From a virus, in the IMG/VR virus record IMGVR_UViG_3300036985_006248, positions 96,001 to 160,000 of that record: a stretch of 64,000 bases of DNA, one strand, 5' to 3'. Position 1 is the stretch's first letter. Each line of letters begins with the position of its first letter. Under the pieces are notes generated by a model, which did not search any database, had not been told where the DNA came from, and saw only the letters and a list, made by a program, of their open reading frames with translations. Positions 8,719 to 19,600 of this stretch are shown here, piece after piece. Position numbers and translations under genes: made by a program.

Positions 8719-10417
8719 TGAATTCGTATACCTCTACTGTTAATTGCGTCCCACCTTTAAATCTAAAATTGAGTGAAGTTTCATAAAGCTTTGGATTACT
8801 TTTATCATCAACACCCATTTCTGTTACAAACTTAAATTTGAATCCCGAATAGTCATCAAAGTCTTCTATCGTTGCCTTATTGGCTCCCATCTTTAAACGT
8901 TCCTGTCCACTGAATTTTATAATATGTCCTGCTTCGCCTGTCGAAGAACCTTGTACTTTATAAAAGGTTGGGTTGAACCCGTGTATGCTAACGGCATATG
9001 CGGTTAACGCTAATAATGGATTTTTTTCATTCTCCATCGCCTTAGAAAACTTTTTTATTTTCTCAAATTGCTCTAGATAAGTTTGTAAAAATCTATAGCA
9101 TTCATATTTTTTAATTGTTCTATCAGCAGAAGCATTTAATTTATTTTGCAATTCTGGATTTACTTTTTCTTCTAATTTCTTTTCGGCAGTGGTTACATTC
9201 ATTATCTGATATTTCTTAAGTGTATCGAAAGCTTTTTTCTTCTGAACCTTTAGTTTGCCTGACCATTTGCTTAAAGTTTTTTCATTCACTTTGGCAACGC
9301 CACTCTCTAAGTTTTTAATGCTTTTTTTAGACTCATCATCAATCTTGTATTGTTGAATATTTTCGTTTGGGAATATAGAAGAAGCAAACTTAGTAATTCC
9401 TAGAGCCTTTCCGTGTTGTGCATCTTCTTGTTTTAATGATACACCGACAATTGTTTTTTGCATTTCTCCAAACAATTCATTTATTCCCGCGCTCTTAAGC
9501 TTTTCTTCAACATATACAGAGACAACAGCATTATTTTCTTTAGCACTTTTTAAAACACTTTCTATTGTAGAGACAGAATCTTTTTCGTATAGATAGACAT
9601 CTGATGGGTTCCACTTATCTTTTTCACCACCGGTTATTACGCTAGCAGTTTCTCTGACTTTATTAAATAAGCCACCGCGATCAATGACAGTATTTTTGCT
9701 TGGGGGGCGCAATTGGTAAACTGCTCTCGCACAGGAGATCGCATTTAAAAATAATTCTTTTTGTTTTTTATCCAATTGATTATTATTTAAAAACATTATT
9801 GCTAATGGAATATTTTCCCGCGTAGATTGACCATAAAGTTGTGGGCTCTTTTCCATGAGGTGTGCTGGCAGCTTTAAGATATTATTTTGCTTAGTTTCAT
9901 CATTAAACTTTTGTAATACAGTGTCTATCAGTGAATTTCCTGTTTTTTCACGCATTAAACCATAAAAATAACAAACCATTCCTTCTTTAAAATTTTCTGA
10001 GCCGGTGTCCATCAAAGCGCCTTTGGATAGGTCATCACCAACACTCTTATGTATTTTCTTAAAGCTGTCCTTGCTCACCTGTGAAAGACTATATTTTTCT
10101 CCATCAATTGTTTCTATATTTGGTATATATTTGGTACCAACTTTAAATATTTTATCTATTTCTTTAGGATCCTTGCCTGATTGACTTAAGAGCTTTAATA
10201 CATTTGGATGAATTTTTTTTGGACGGCCATCTATTATGAAAGGCTCACCTTTTTTAATTTTCTCAATCCAATCATCATAATACTTTGATAGTTCATTGCT
10301 ATTAAAATCCTTTTCAAGTAATACAGATTCTTTGATTAACTCATTTAGCTCGTCTACTGAAAATGTCTTTTCTTTCTTATGAAAGAAGTTTTCAATTAAC
10401 TTATTATAATCAGCCAT
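8708..10417 (-). CDS. Putative PD-(D/E)XK-like nuclease
   Basis: KWNPSDVY...GVSLK; start reassigned to MADYNK (10417) after GAGG RBS. Confidence 0.45.
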   Translation of the reverse strand: MADYNKLIENFFHKKEKTFSVDELNELIKESVLLEKDFNSNELSKYYDDWIEKIKKGEPFIIDGRPKKIHPNVLKLLSQSGKDPKEIDKIFKVGTKYIPNIETIDGEKYSLSQVSKDSFKKIHKSVGDDLSKGALMDTGSENFKEGMVCYFYGLMREKTGNSLIDTVLQKFNDETKQNNILKLPAHLMEKSPQLYGQSTRENIPLAIMFLNNNQLDKKQKELFLNAISCARAVYQLRPPSKNTVIDRGGLFNKVRETASVITGGEKDKWNPSDVYLYEKDSVSTIESVLKSAKENNAVVSVYVEEKLKSAGINELFGEMQKTIVGVSLKQEDAQHGKALGITKFASSIFPNENIQQYKIDDESKKSIKNLESGVAKVNEKTLSKWSGKLKVQKKKAFDTLKKYQIMNVTTAEKKLEEKVNPELQNKLNASADRTIKKYECYRFLQTYLEQFEKIKKFSKAMENEKNPLLALTAYAVSIHGFNPTFYKVQGSSTGEAGHIIKFSGQERLKMGANKATIEDFDDYSGFKFKFVTEMGVDDKSNPKLYETSLNFRFKGGTQLTVEVYEFSEK

Positions 10418-10418
10418 A

Positions 10419-11144
10419 TTAAAATACCTCGTCGGCAATACCGTATTTAACTGCTTCTTCGGCTGATAAATAAACATTGACGTGCTTCTCAAGCAAATCC
10501 TTCATTGACTTAGCTGTTAAGTTTGTTTCTTTCGTTAACGCCTTTGTATATCTCTCTTGTACAAAACGGATTTCATTCATTTCATTTTCAAGATTGAATA
10601 ACGGTCCTTCGCTACCACCCAAGACTGAATGAATCATCACGCGGGCATTAGCACCAATCTTACGCTTACCCTTTGTACCTGCTGCTAATATTAATACACC
10701 AGCACTCATAATCTTTCCAACGCCTATTGTTTGGACTTCACAGTTCTTTTTTGCAACGCGCATCATATCATAAATCGCAAACATATCACCGGCAGATCCA
10801 CCATGCGTATTAAGATAAAATTCAATAGGAGAATGTGTATATTTGTCTTTACGTTCATTTTTTGGTATTTCTCCTTGTTTACTTAACACTAATAGATTTT
10901 GTATTACCTCTGCACAGGTTTGTTCGTTAACATCACCAAAAAGACCTATAACGCGCATAGCAGCCGCAGGTTCGTGTTCTAGCTGAAACAATGGGCTATC
11001 TAATAGTTTTTCTAGCTCTGAACTCTGTGGCTTTTCTTGTCCTTCGGGAAGCTTCTTTTCTTGCTTGGTCGTCTTGGTTTTAGTGATCATTTTTAGTTCT
11101 CTAAGCGTATGTCCGAATAAAACTGGCTCTTTTACCTTATTCAA
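10419..11144 (-). CDS. clpP: ClpP-like protease subunit
   Basis: YLNTHGGS, GKIMSAG (catalytic Ser), MIHS (His), YLSAEEAVKYGIADEV. Confidence 0.9.
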   Translation of the reverse strand: MNKVKEPVLFGHTLRELKMITKTKTTKQEKKLPEGQEKPQSSELEKLLDSPLFQLEHEPAAAMRVIGLFGDVNEQTCAEVIQNLLVLSKQGEIPKNERKDKYTHSPIEFYLNTHGGSAGDMFAIYDMMRVAKKNCEVQTIGVGKIMSAGVLILAAGTKGKRKIGANARVMIHSVLGGSEGPLFNLENEMNEIRFVQERYTKALTKETNLTAKSMKDLLEKHVNVYLSAEEAVKYGIADEVF

Positions 11145-11514
11145 TGTTATCGCCTTTCTTAATTAGTTGCTCAACATATACTCGTGCAGTTTTCCAGTCA
11201 GTATATTCAGTTTTATATGGTAGCTTATCTATTAAGCTTTCAATCCATGAATCTCCAAAACCATCAAATTTCTCATGAATTTTCGCTACTATCTTTTTAC
11301 ATTCTTCTAATTTGCTAGGATCTTTCTCGGCGGCTTCAGCATATGTTAATTCTAATATCATTATCGCATGATGCTTGTATTGAATTAAACTCATAGCTCC
11401 CAAAAGAAACTTTAATTCCATACTTCTAAAGCTATAAGCGATTGCCACTCTCTGGGTTAGTTTAAACAACATTGAACAGCAGAATGCACCAAACAAAAAA
11501 CTTAACATTTCCAT
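11137..11514 (-). CDS. Hypothetical membrane-anchored protein
   Basis: Hydrophobic N-terminus; GAGG RBS before ATG at 11514. Confidence 0.55.
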   Translation of the reverse strand: MEMLSFLFGAFCCSMLFKLTQRVAIAYSFRSMELKFLLGAMSLIQYKHHAIMILELTYAEAAEKDPSKLEECKKIVAKIHEKFDGFGDSWIESLIDKLPYKTEYTDWKTARVYVEQLIKKGDNIE

Positions 11515-11592
11515 GGGTATCCTCAAATAAAAAACCTGCTGTACCCCATTCTATCAGAAGGTAAGCAGGTTTTCATAAGATTTGTTATCTTT

Positions 11593-11877
11593 TTATTCTT
11601 CGCTGTTATTGTCTACTACTTCTTTCAGAAGCGGAATAGAAATATTTTCTGGGAGGTTATCAACAAATGCTTGGAATGCACTAACTGGAATTTGTGTTTC
11701 TTCTAAAACTTCCAAAAAGTCCATTAGGGCTTCTTTTGAAACTGTTTCATTAGTCACACCATATCCTGCCACATATCCTTCTAGAAGAGTATCTAATTGA
11801 TCTTTTTCTTCAGATACTGTTTCCATTTCTTCGGAAATAATTTGTTTTAATTGCTTTTTAGAGATTTGCATTTTCAT
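11593..11877 (-). CDS. Small acidic protein with leader motif (putative head protein)
   Basis: MQISKKQLKQIISEE. Confidence 0.55.
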   Translation of the reverse strand: MKMQISKKQLKQIISEEMETVSEEKDQLDTLLEGYVAGYGVTNETVSKEALMDFLEVLEETQIPVSAFQAFVDNLPENISIPLLKEVVDNNSEE

Positions 11878-11952
11878 TCCTTATAAACCTAAAACACCGG
11901 CACACCTTTTTACGGGGATGCCGGTGAGCTTAGGAAATAATACTATGATTTG

Positions 11953-12759
11953 TTATACCTTCTTCTTGTTGCCGCCCAACGTTGCTAAATTCTTTCCACC
12001 GTGCGTTACGGAGTGTACTGCCTTGGCCGGAAGGTCTTCCATCTTGTGACCACCACTTCCACCTTTTTCGCCCTTGCCCATCTTCATATCGGCATGACCC
12101 TTAAACGTATCGTGCTTATTCTTGCCTTGTTTCAAGAGAGGACCACCACCTTTTGCATCCGTGGCTTCATCTAACTCTTCTTTTTTTTCTTTCTTCTTTT
12201 TGTCCTTCTTTGCCTTCATCTTTTCCTTAACGGACATTTTCTTTTTTTTTGCTTCAGAGATAAGACGTGCAGTAACGCGGGCTAGAACTGTTTCAACAAG
12301 GTTATCTTCTGATAATTCTTGTGTTTCTTCCATTTCATCTTCTTCGCCTTCTTCTTCGCCTTCTTCTTCGCCTTCTTCTTCGCCTTCTTCTTCGCCTTCT
12401 TCTTCGCCGCCTTCAAGGTCGTGCATTTCTTCACCACCTTCTTCAGCGTTTTCTTCTTGGCTTTCTAATTCAACTTCAATGCCCATTGAGTCGGCTAGAG
12501 CTTGGACAGCAGCTTCAAATGCTGCTTGCTTTTCCGGGTCTGCTTCGCCACCAACTTCAATTGTCTCGCCACCCATTTCATCGCCCATACCCATTTCTTC
12601 GCCTGCTGGTAAGGCTGCGGGAGCGGCTTCTGGACCCATTTCTTCCGGTGGAGCCATCGTGTTCATTTCATCGATGCGTGTTTTACCGAGTGATTCTATG
12701 TTAGCTAACTTCATAAAACGACGGATTTGTGTTTCCGACAGTAATTGTTTCTTGTTCAT
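11953..12759 (-). CDS. Acidic/basic low-complexity putative internal head or core protein
   Basis: EEEG repeats, Lys-rich C-terminal part, late motif upstream at 12799-12807. Confidence 0.6.
   Translation of the reverse strand: MNKKQLLSETQIRRFMKLANIESLGKTRIDEMNTMAPPEEMGPEAAPAALPAGEEMGMGDEMGGETIEVGGEADPEKQAAFEAAVQALADSMGIEVELESQEENAEEGGEEMHDLEGGEEEGEEEGEEEGEEEGEEEGEEDEMEETQELSEDNLVETVLARVTARLISEAKKKKMSVKEKMKAKKDKKKKEKKEELDEATDAKGGGPLLKQGKNKHDTFKGHADMKMGKGEKGGSGGHKMEDLPAKAVHSVTHGGKNLATLGGNKKKV
12338..12410. repeat. 12-nt tandem repeat (TTCTTCGCCTTC)n encoding EEEG
   Basis: About 5-6 tandem copies visible. Confidence 0.85.
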
Positions 12760-12848
12760 GTATTATCTCCTAAAATAATTTGTTGGAACAAATTTAAAAT
12801 AAATAGTCATATTAACTACAAAACGTACATATTTTTACAGATATATTA

Positions 12849-13097
12849 CTACTTTAACTTAGCACCAAGCCGTATATTGAGCTTGTTTAAAGCACCTTCT
12901 TCTAGCTGTTTCACTCTAACAAACGAACAATTTAGTCGCTTTGCTACGTCTCTCAGAGTCAGGTCATCATTTTTGTCTATTGTAATTAGTGAACAGTTTA
13001 GATCTTCTTCATAATTTATCCATTTTCTACAATCTTTGTTTGGACATGAAACATTTAACTTGGTGCAAGCATCTACACAACTCTTATGTACAGTCAT
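12849..13097 (-). CDS. Sigma-70 region 4-like HTH protein with Cys-rich N-terminus
   Basis: LTLRDVAKRLNCSFVRVKQLEEGALNKL; five Cys upstream of the HTH. Confidence 0.7.
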   Translation of the reverse strand: MTVHKSCVDACTKLNVSCPNKDCRKWINYEEDLNCSLITIDKNDDLTLRDVAKRLNCSFVRVKQLEEGALNKLNIRLGAKLK

Positions 13098-13414
13098 AAA
13101 TCAGGATTCTCGCTTTCAATTAGGTCAAATATGTTTTCAATCTCTTCTTCGTTAAGCGCAAAGTTCTTAATAGTTTGTCCTTCTTCTTTTCTATCGCGCT
13201 TTCTAGAATGTTTCTTAGCTTTGCTTAAGTCTTTTGCTAATATTTCATCCATGAAATTTCTTAAATGGACATTGTTTGTAAGGTACGCTGCAATAATATG
13301 CTTAATGAAAGTAGATTGCCCCATACGATCATAAAATAATGCTATCTTAAAACGAGCATGGACGTCATCGTCTATACTGAATATAAGCTGCTTTTCTTTA
13401 CTATTATCTCGCAT
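13094..13414 (-). CDS. Hypothetical (possible ribbon-helix-helix) protein
   Basis: LIFSIDDDVHARFK pattern. Confidence 0.45.
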   Translation of the reverse strand: MRDNSKEKQLIFSIDDDVHARFKIALFYDRMGQSTFIKHIIAAYLTNNVHLRNFMDEILAKDLSKAKKHSRKRDRKEEGQTIKNFALNEEEIENIFDLIESENPDL

Positions 13415-14426
13415 GGTTTAGTATGTGTGGGGAACTTTCTAATTGGCCCGCTGAACTTTGTTTAATAAAAGTTGCTTTGCAACGTAATTCTTTTATATTT
13501 CTGGATCCGCTATAGGAAAATCCACTGCGGACATTTCGCAGAAGGTCGTCCAATACATCTTTTACTTTCCCCTTATTTTGTACTCTATGAGATACACCCT
13601 CGAAAGAAGAATAGCTACCTTTCCAATCAATTTGCGCTTCTTTACTAGCCATTCCTCTATAAGTTTTATGATAACCCATAGAGTCCATATGTAGTTCACC
13701 GGGAGTTTCATCAGTGCCCGCTAAAAGAGAGCCCAACATTACAAAATCTGCTCCAGCGGCCAAAGACTTTACTATATCGCCAGACGTTTTTATTCCCCCA
13801 TCAGCAATGAGAGCCGATTCATTAGCCGCATTGGAACAAAGCATCACGGAACTTAACGTTGGAATCCCATGACCAGTTTGAATTCTGGTCGAGCAGATAC
13901 TTCCCCCGCCTATACCTACACGTACACTGTTTGCCCCCCAGTGACTTACACGCTCAAACCCTTCCAGAGTAGCCACATTCCCGGCCATTATGTGGATAGA
14001 AGAACCTAACTTGTTTCGTAAGTTCTTTAGAGCGTTCTTAACACTTATATGATCTCCATGTGCTACGTCTACACATATAACATTTGCGCCGTCCTGAACG
14101 AGTGCAGCGGCTCTTTCTAGATAATCTCCCGTGACGCCTATAGCAGCCCCGACGTTCTTAGCCCCAAGCAAGATAGCACTAACAACTAAATCTGCCTGCT
14201 CTTCAAGGGTGTTGTAACGATGAATAACTCCTAGACCGCCCGCTGCACTTAGTGCTACTGCCATGGTGGCAGAGGTCACTGTATCCATGGGACTCGATAT
14301 AATTGGGATCTCAAGTTTTATATTTCCAAGATAAGAAGATAAATCTACTTCGCTTCTTGAAGAGATATCGCTATATTTTGGTTCTAGTAGCACGTCGTCG
14401 AAGCAAACAGTTTCTTGGAAAGTCAT
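13404..14426 (-). CDS. guaB: IMP dehydrogenase / GMP reductase family (no CBS domains)
   Basis: SSPMDTV, VDVAHG, GIGGGSICSTR (catalytic Cys), IADGGI, YRGMAS. Confidence 0.88.
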   Translation of the reverse strand: MTFQETVCFDDVLLEPKYSDISSRSEVDLSSYLGNIKLEIPIISSPMDTVTSATMAVALSAAGGLGVIHRYNTLEEQADLVVSAILLGAKNVGAAIGVTGDYLERAAALVQDGANVICVDVAHGDHISVKNALKNLRNKLGSSIHIMAGNVATLEGFERVSHWGANSVRVGIGGGSICSTRIQTGHGIPTLSSVMLCSNAANESALIADGGIKTSGDIVKSLAAGADFVMLGSLLAGTDETPGELHMDSMGYHKTYRGMASKEAQIDWKGSYSSFEGVSHRVQNKGKVKDVLDDLLRNVRSGFSYSGSRNIKELRCKATFIKQSSAGQLESSPHILNHAR

Positions 14427-14471
14427 TTTTTGTCCTGTTCTAAAGTACGTTTGAGATGTCCTGCTATAAAA

Positions 14472-14723
14472 TCAAATACCGGAGTTTCTTGAAATTTCAT
14501 CGGCTCTCCGTCCTTCACTGCACTTAGGACAATATAGGTCTACCCGCTTATCAGCATTAAATACCTCTACATACCACGTCATCACCATCATTTTATTTTT
14601 CTTGTCGAAAGGCTCATTACATTCCTTGCAAGAAGTTGGCATACTGAGAATTAAAGCTGCCGACGTTGCCAACTTCTGTTCTAGCTTTTTCTTTTTGTTA
14701 CCCGTTCTTGATCGGTTACCCAT
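14472..14723 (-). CDS. Small Zn-ribbon protein
   Basis: CKEC...CPKC. Confidence 0.55.
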   Translation of the reverse strand: MGNRSRTGNKKKKLEQKLATSAALILSMPTSCKECNEPFDKKNKMMVMTWYVEVFNADKRVDLYCPKCSEGRRADEISRNSGI

Positions 14724-14770
14724 GTTTTGTCTCGTATTCTTTTGGATTATAGAAGGACTTCCTGTTTAAT

Positions 14771-15580
14771 TCATATTTCATTATTTTTTTCTATTGTAAC
14801 AGTTTCTTTTGGCTCTGGCAAGGGAATAAGACTGAATGTTATAATGGCTTTTGATGCATCAACAACCTTTAGTTTGTTTCCAGAGCTATCATAAATATTA
14901 TAATTTTCATTAACATATTTTTCAAATTCTTTTGCTAGTTGATTTTTTTCTTCTGTCGATAATACTTCAATACCTTTTGATTTTTTATAAGCTTTGACAT
15001 ATTCAACTTCAGCAATGTTGATATGAGCTATGGCTGCTTTATAACCGGGTTCAACCATTTCTTTTTTCGTATAAATACTTGGCGGATATATTTTAGATTT
15101 AAAAACCAATGGCTCTTTGGAAGCCTTTAAATAGTCCTTTGTAGCTTCTTCTTTTTTAGCTATTGGATACTTTTGTGGCTCTTTTTTTACTGATTTATCA
15201 TATTGACCTGATATCGCATATCCACTTTTAATAAATTCACTATAATTAATATTAGAAATTCTAATAATTACAGTATTCGTGGCATTTTCGCCATTCTTTA
15301 TTATATTTGCGAATGCTCTATGTCTACCTTCGTGTGAAGTAACTGTTCCTATTTCATTTATGTTTAGTAAAAGTTCTCCTGCTCGTGCTTCAGAATATTC
15401 CAATGGTCGTGTTTTTTGATCGTGCCTTAGCATATCCATAACATCTTCGTTGGTAGTTAATTCAAGAAAATCTCTAGAAGGCATTCTTACTAAAATTTCA
15501 TCATATCTTTCATTTTCTTTAAGAATGCCTTCTAATTCTTCTTTGATAACTTGTTTCAAATACTTTTTTGAAATTTTCAT
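14771..15580 (-). CDS. ParB/Srx-like domain protein with leader motif
   Basis: MKISKKYLKQVIKEE leader; SHEGRHR motif. Confidence 0.5.
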   Translation of the reverse strand: MKISKKYLKQVIKEELEGILKENERYDEILVRMPSRDFLELTTNEDVMDMLRHDQKTRPLEYSEARAGELLLNINEIGTVTSHEGRHRAFANIIKNGENATNTVIIRISNINYSEFIKSGYAISGQYDKSVKKEPQKYPIAKKEEATKDYLKASKEPLVFKSKIYPPSIYTKKEMVEPGYKAAIAHINIAEVEYVKAYKKSKGIEVLSTEEKNQLAKEFEKYVNENYNIYDSSGNKLKVVDASKAIITFSLIPLPEPKETVTIEKNNEI

Positions 15581-15593
15581 ATTTTATCTTGAA

Positions 15594-16034
15594 TTATTTA
15601 TGTCCTGTACTCCCGAAGCCTCCTGCGCCACGGGCATTATTAGGAATGTCAAAGACCTCAACCAATTCCAATTCGCTTTCATATACACGATTAACTGTGA
15701 ACTGAGCAACTTTATCGTGATGCTTTAAGTCAATATCTCTATCGGTGCCGTTATACAATATTACCCCCCACGGTCCTGTATAAAATGCATCAACTAGTCC
15801 AAGAGCAACAATTTTGCCTTTGCTGCTCATTCCACTACGACCACGAATGTCACACGACCAACCCTCTGGTGGCATAATAGAAACTCCTGTGGGGATAATA
15901 GCAGTTTGACCCTTCAATAATACCATATCACCATTTGGTAAATCAGCAAACAAATCATATGCTGCATCTTGTTGATGAGCCTTTACGGGAGGTTTTGCAG
16001 TGTTACTTAACGGCTTCCATTGTAGTTTTATCAT
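15594..16034 (-). CDS. dut: Trimeric dUTPase
   Basis: AAYDL, GRSGM, GLVDAFYTG, RGAGGFGSTG. Confidence 0.92.
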   Translation of the reverse strand: MIKLQWKPLSNTAKPPVKAHQQDAAYDLFADLPNGDMVLLKGQTAIIPTGVSIMPPEGWSCDIRGRSGMSSKGKIVALGLVDAFYTGPWGVILYNGTDRDIDLKHHDKVAQFTVNRVYESELELVEVFDIPNNARGAGGFGSTGHK

Positions 16035-16043
16035 TATATCCTC

Positions 16044-16229
16044 TTATTTAGTTCTTACAACATCGTAAAGTTGCTGATGAGTGGGTATGCCCCATCTTAA
16101 CGTTTCAAACTGAAAATATCCTGAATGTAATCCTTCATGTCCTTCAGCTTTGGCACAAAGTAATGTATCATACATGGGGTGGACTGTGCAACAGGTTTTA
16201 TTTTGTTTTAGTTTGTCTTTATTTTCCAT
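16044..16229 (-). CDS. Small Cys/His-rich hypothetical protein
   Basis: ORF in operon. Confidence 0.45.
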   Translation of the reverse strand: MENKDKLKQNKTCCTVHPMYDTLLCAKAEGHEGLHSGYFQFETLRWGIPTHQQLYDVVRTK

Positions 16230-16473
16230 ATTTTCTCTCGTATTCTTGAATGGTTATTAACGTCAGATGTTCGAAAGCATATTTATCATAGTCCCCCGTG
16301 TACACATTTCTTTTCGAAAAATATAACTGGACATATCTATCAGCTAAAAGCTCATTATGCTTCCAATCTACAAACCCCATTACTAATACTGGCTCAGGGT
16401 AAGCTGGTTCCGCCACATGCAAAAATAACTCGCCAATTTTGATATCTTCAAAGGATATAGAATTATAACTCAT
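16219..16473 (-). CDS. Hypothetical protein
   Basis: ORF in operon. Confidence 0.5.
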   Translation of the reverse strand: MSYNSISFEDIKIGELFLHVAEPAYPEPVLVMGFVDWKHNELLADRYVQLYFSKRNVYTGDYDKYAFEHLTLITIQEYERKYGK

Positions 16474-16655
16474 TTTGCTCGTCTTTTTCTTTCCATGCCC
16501 CGCGTATATCTTTTCATTGATTCTTGAACAAACTCAAGATTTTTGATTGTGAGAACATCATGCTTCAAATCTTCCTTCAAATCGCTCATATCAAAAAGGA
16601 TGTCTGTTCTTAGAATGTCTAAACGGCGAGGACGATAATTATTTTGGTAACCCAT
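16470..16655 (-). CDS. Hypothetical protein
   Basis: ORF in operon. Confidence 0.45.
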   Translation of the reverse strand: MGYQNNYRPRRLDILRTDILFDMSDLKEDLKHDVLTIKNLEFVQESMKRYTRGMERKRRAK

Positions 16656-16676
16656 TATTTAGCTCCGCTGCTGCCT

Positions 16677-19600
16677 TCAGCCTAACAATTTAAACGTATG
16701 CTTAATACTTCTTGTACTAAATCCCCAAGTATCATCGTATTGTAACTTTCCTAGATATGGTCGGTTAAGCCAAATCTTATCACGCTTTGGGTCAACCCCC
16801 CAGCATTTAATATTGGTAAGTTTATTTGTAATATCTGTAGTTTCTAGAATCCAGAATATCTTGCCGTTTTTTGTTTTCTTCTCAGTAATTTTACGTGGGA
16901 TAAACCATACTACCTCACCCAATGATGGGTCATAATCACCAATCGGTGGAATATATTTATCTTCAATGCTTTTTAAAGTCGCCGGGTCGAGCACAAGATT
17001 AATTGGATAAACTCCCGATAGCGAGACAAGATTTTCAATAGTTTCTTCCGTAGTAAAACTGCCTTCTGGCTTGTACTTGTCTATGTTCTCCAGCAGCTTC
17101 TTTGGTGTCTTTGGACGGTCAACCACTACTGCCGACCAAAAGTGTTTTAACCCAGTGAATCTCTTATCAACCAAAGAAGGCAAAGCGTTGCTTCTTGTTA
17201 AAGCGTCAAGGGCTTTTTTGTTTAACTTACTATAAATTATCTCTTCATTAAACAGCAGTTCCTCGACTGTCTTGAAAGGTCGATATTTCATTATTTCTGT
17301 CATGGCTGTATCTCCAAGTCCCTTAATAGATGACAGAGGTTGAATAAGTGTTTTATCGTCTAGGTTATCGACTTCCCATTTCGTACCTGAATTGTTGATA
17401 TCGAGTGGCTTGATGTTAAACCCATAGTATTTTGCTAGAGAAATAGCAGCTTCCTTTTTTTCCTCCGGTTCTTTATCGAGAAACGCCGCCGCCCATTCTG
17501 CTGGATGATGATGGAACAGGTAAGCACACTGATAAGAAATTATAGAATAACAGATAGCGTGTGATAAATTGAAACCGTACCCTGAAAAGAATTCCATAGT
17601 CTTCCAGAGATCGATACCGTTTTCTTCTGTTAATCCCTTCTCCACACACCCGTCAATAAACTTCTGATAAAGCTTAAGCTTGACTTGTGCTTCCTTGCCA
17701 GTTCCTTTCTTGGTGAGAACCTTCCGTAGTTCATTACCTTCATCTAGGGAAATGTTTTTACCAAGTTTGTGCGCTAACATGCTTAATTGCTCTTGGAAAA
17801 CTATGAATCCATGGGTTTCTTGCGTCACTTCTTTAATTAATGGATGAGCATATTTTATAGACTCAGGATTATTCTTAGCTAAGATATAATTCTCATGTAC
17901 GTTTGCCGATAAAGGACCGGGACGGAAGATAGAAGTAATGGCCGCGATATCTATGATGTTTTTTGGTTTAGCTAACATGCAGAATTTCTGAGCATTTTTG
18001 CTAGTGAACTGGAATGTTCCACAGAAGTTTCCTTCTTGGAAAATGTGTTCATAGACACCTTGGTCGTCTAGATTGATCTTTTCTGGATGGAGATTATCAT
18101 TGTAATACTTCTTGATATCCTCAAAGGTGGGCGTAGCAATGCCGTGGTGTCTTTTAAGAATGTGTTCAATCGCTGTTTCAATCATACGAAGAGAAGCAAG
18201 ACCAAGAATATCAAACTTGATAAACCCAAGTGGCTCTAAATGACGTACTGTTTGTCCTTCAGTCCAAGGGGTTTGTACAGTGCCACCACTATTGATTAGA
18301 GGCATCTTTTCATTGATATTATCTGCAAACAAAACTCCACCAGCATGGCGCGAAATAGAACGTACTTGCTTCTGCAAGTTTTCAACGTGTGTCGCAACAT
18401 GGGGATACTTTTTGATGTAAGCATTGAGTGCGGGACTGTGTTCCTTTAACTCTTCCCAAGTCGGTTCATATACACCAGCTATAATGCCGTGTATTTTCTT
18501 GCAAATAGGAGTAGCTTCGTTGAGCATCTTAGAAGTGACTTCGTTCACGTCTGTAAAAGGGATTTCGTATAACTTGCTAATATCTTTTACTAGAGAACGT
18601 GGCTTTAGAGTATTGTAGTTGGAAATAGGAACTACCGAGTTTTCTCCATACTCTTTGATAAGCAATTCCTTAATTGCCATAGGGTCGGAAACGTCAAAAT
18701 CGATATCGGGCATATCACTAAGATCTGTTTTGCGGATAAAACGTGAAAACTGTAATTTATACTTGATAGGGTCTATTTCTGTAATATTTAGCAAATATGA
18801 TACAAGAGAACCCGCTCCAGAACCACGGCCACCACCGCATAACTGTACTTCTTTGGACTTGTCGCTAATCTTCTTCATAGTCAAGAAGTATTTTGAGAAT
18901 CCACGGTCTTTAATGGTGTGAAGTTCTTCTTTTAATCTCTCAACGTAAGCGTTGTCTTTATAAAGCCCAGTGCTCTTTAACTTATCGACTGCCATTTTGG
19001 CTAATGCGGTATCTGCGGTTTCACCTTCGGGAACAACGAATGAAGGCAACTTAATGCTCGTATCGGGAATATAATTCTCAATACGGTTCTTAAGAATATC
19101 GTCTGTACGAGCAATAGACTCTTCGATAAGCTTATCATCATAGGAAAAGCCAAGGTTTTTTGAGAATAGTTTATAGGAGGCAAACAATTCATCGCCGTTC
19201 TTGGGATAAAGCTGATATTCCATCGCTTCTAGAGTAGAAGGCAGTGCGTCGATTTTAATTTCATTTCCACCCTTACCAGCCCAACCGAGCATCTTATAGA
19301 TTTCGCGGTCCTTCCACATATCCGGTGAAGGAAAGTGTGCATCACACGTACTGATGAGCTTGAAGCCTAGCTGTTTAGAAATATTGATGATATATTGATT
19401 AACAATGTGTTGCTCTTTGTAATTCGCCCACTGTAATTCACCATAAAAGCGATCACCAAAGATATCCATCATAGACTTAACAGTCTTTTCCATGGCAGCG
19501 TAAACAGCCCTTTCTCCCTTGTCGATATTATCCCAATAATCATTGGCTAACACTCCACCCAGACAGGCAGAACTGGCGATGAGTCCTTCGTTGTGCTTCT

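Noticed and set aside
12338-12410. Short repeat array as possible CRISPR
   Set aside because: Tandem 12-mers without spacers, in frame in a coding region (EEEG)
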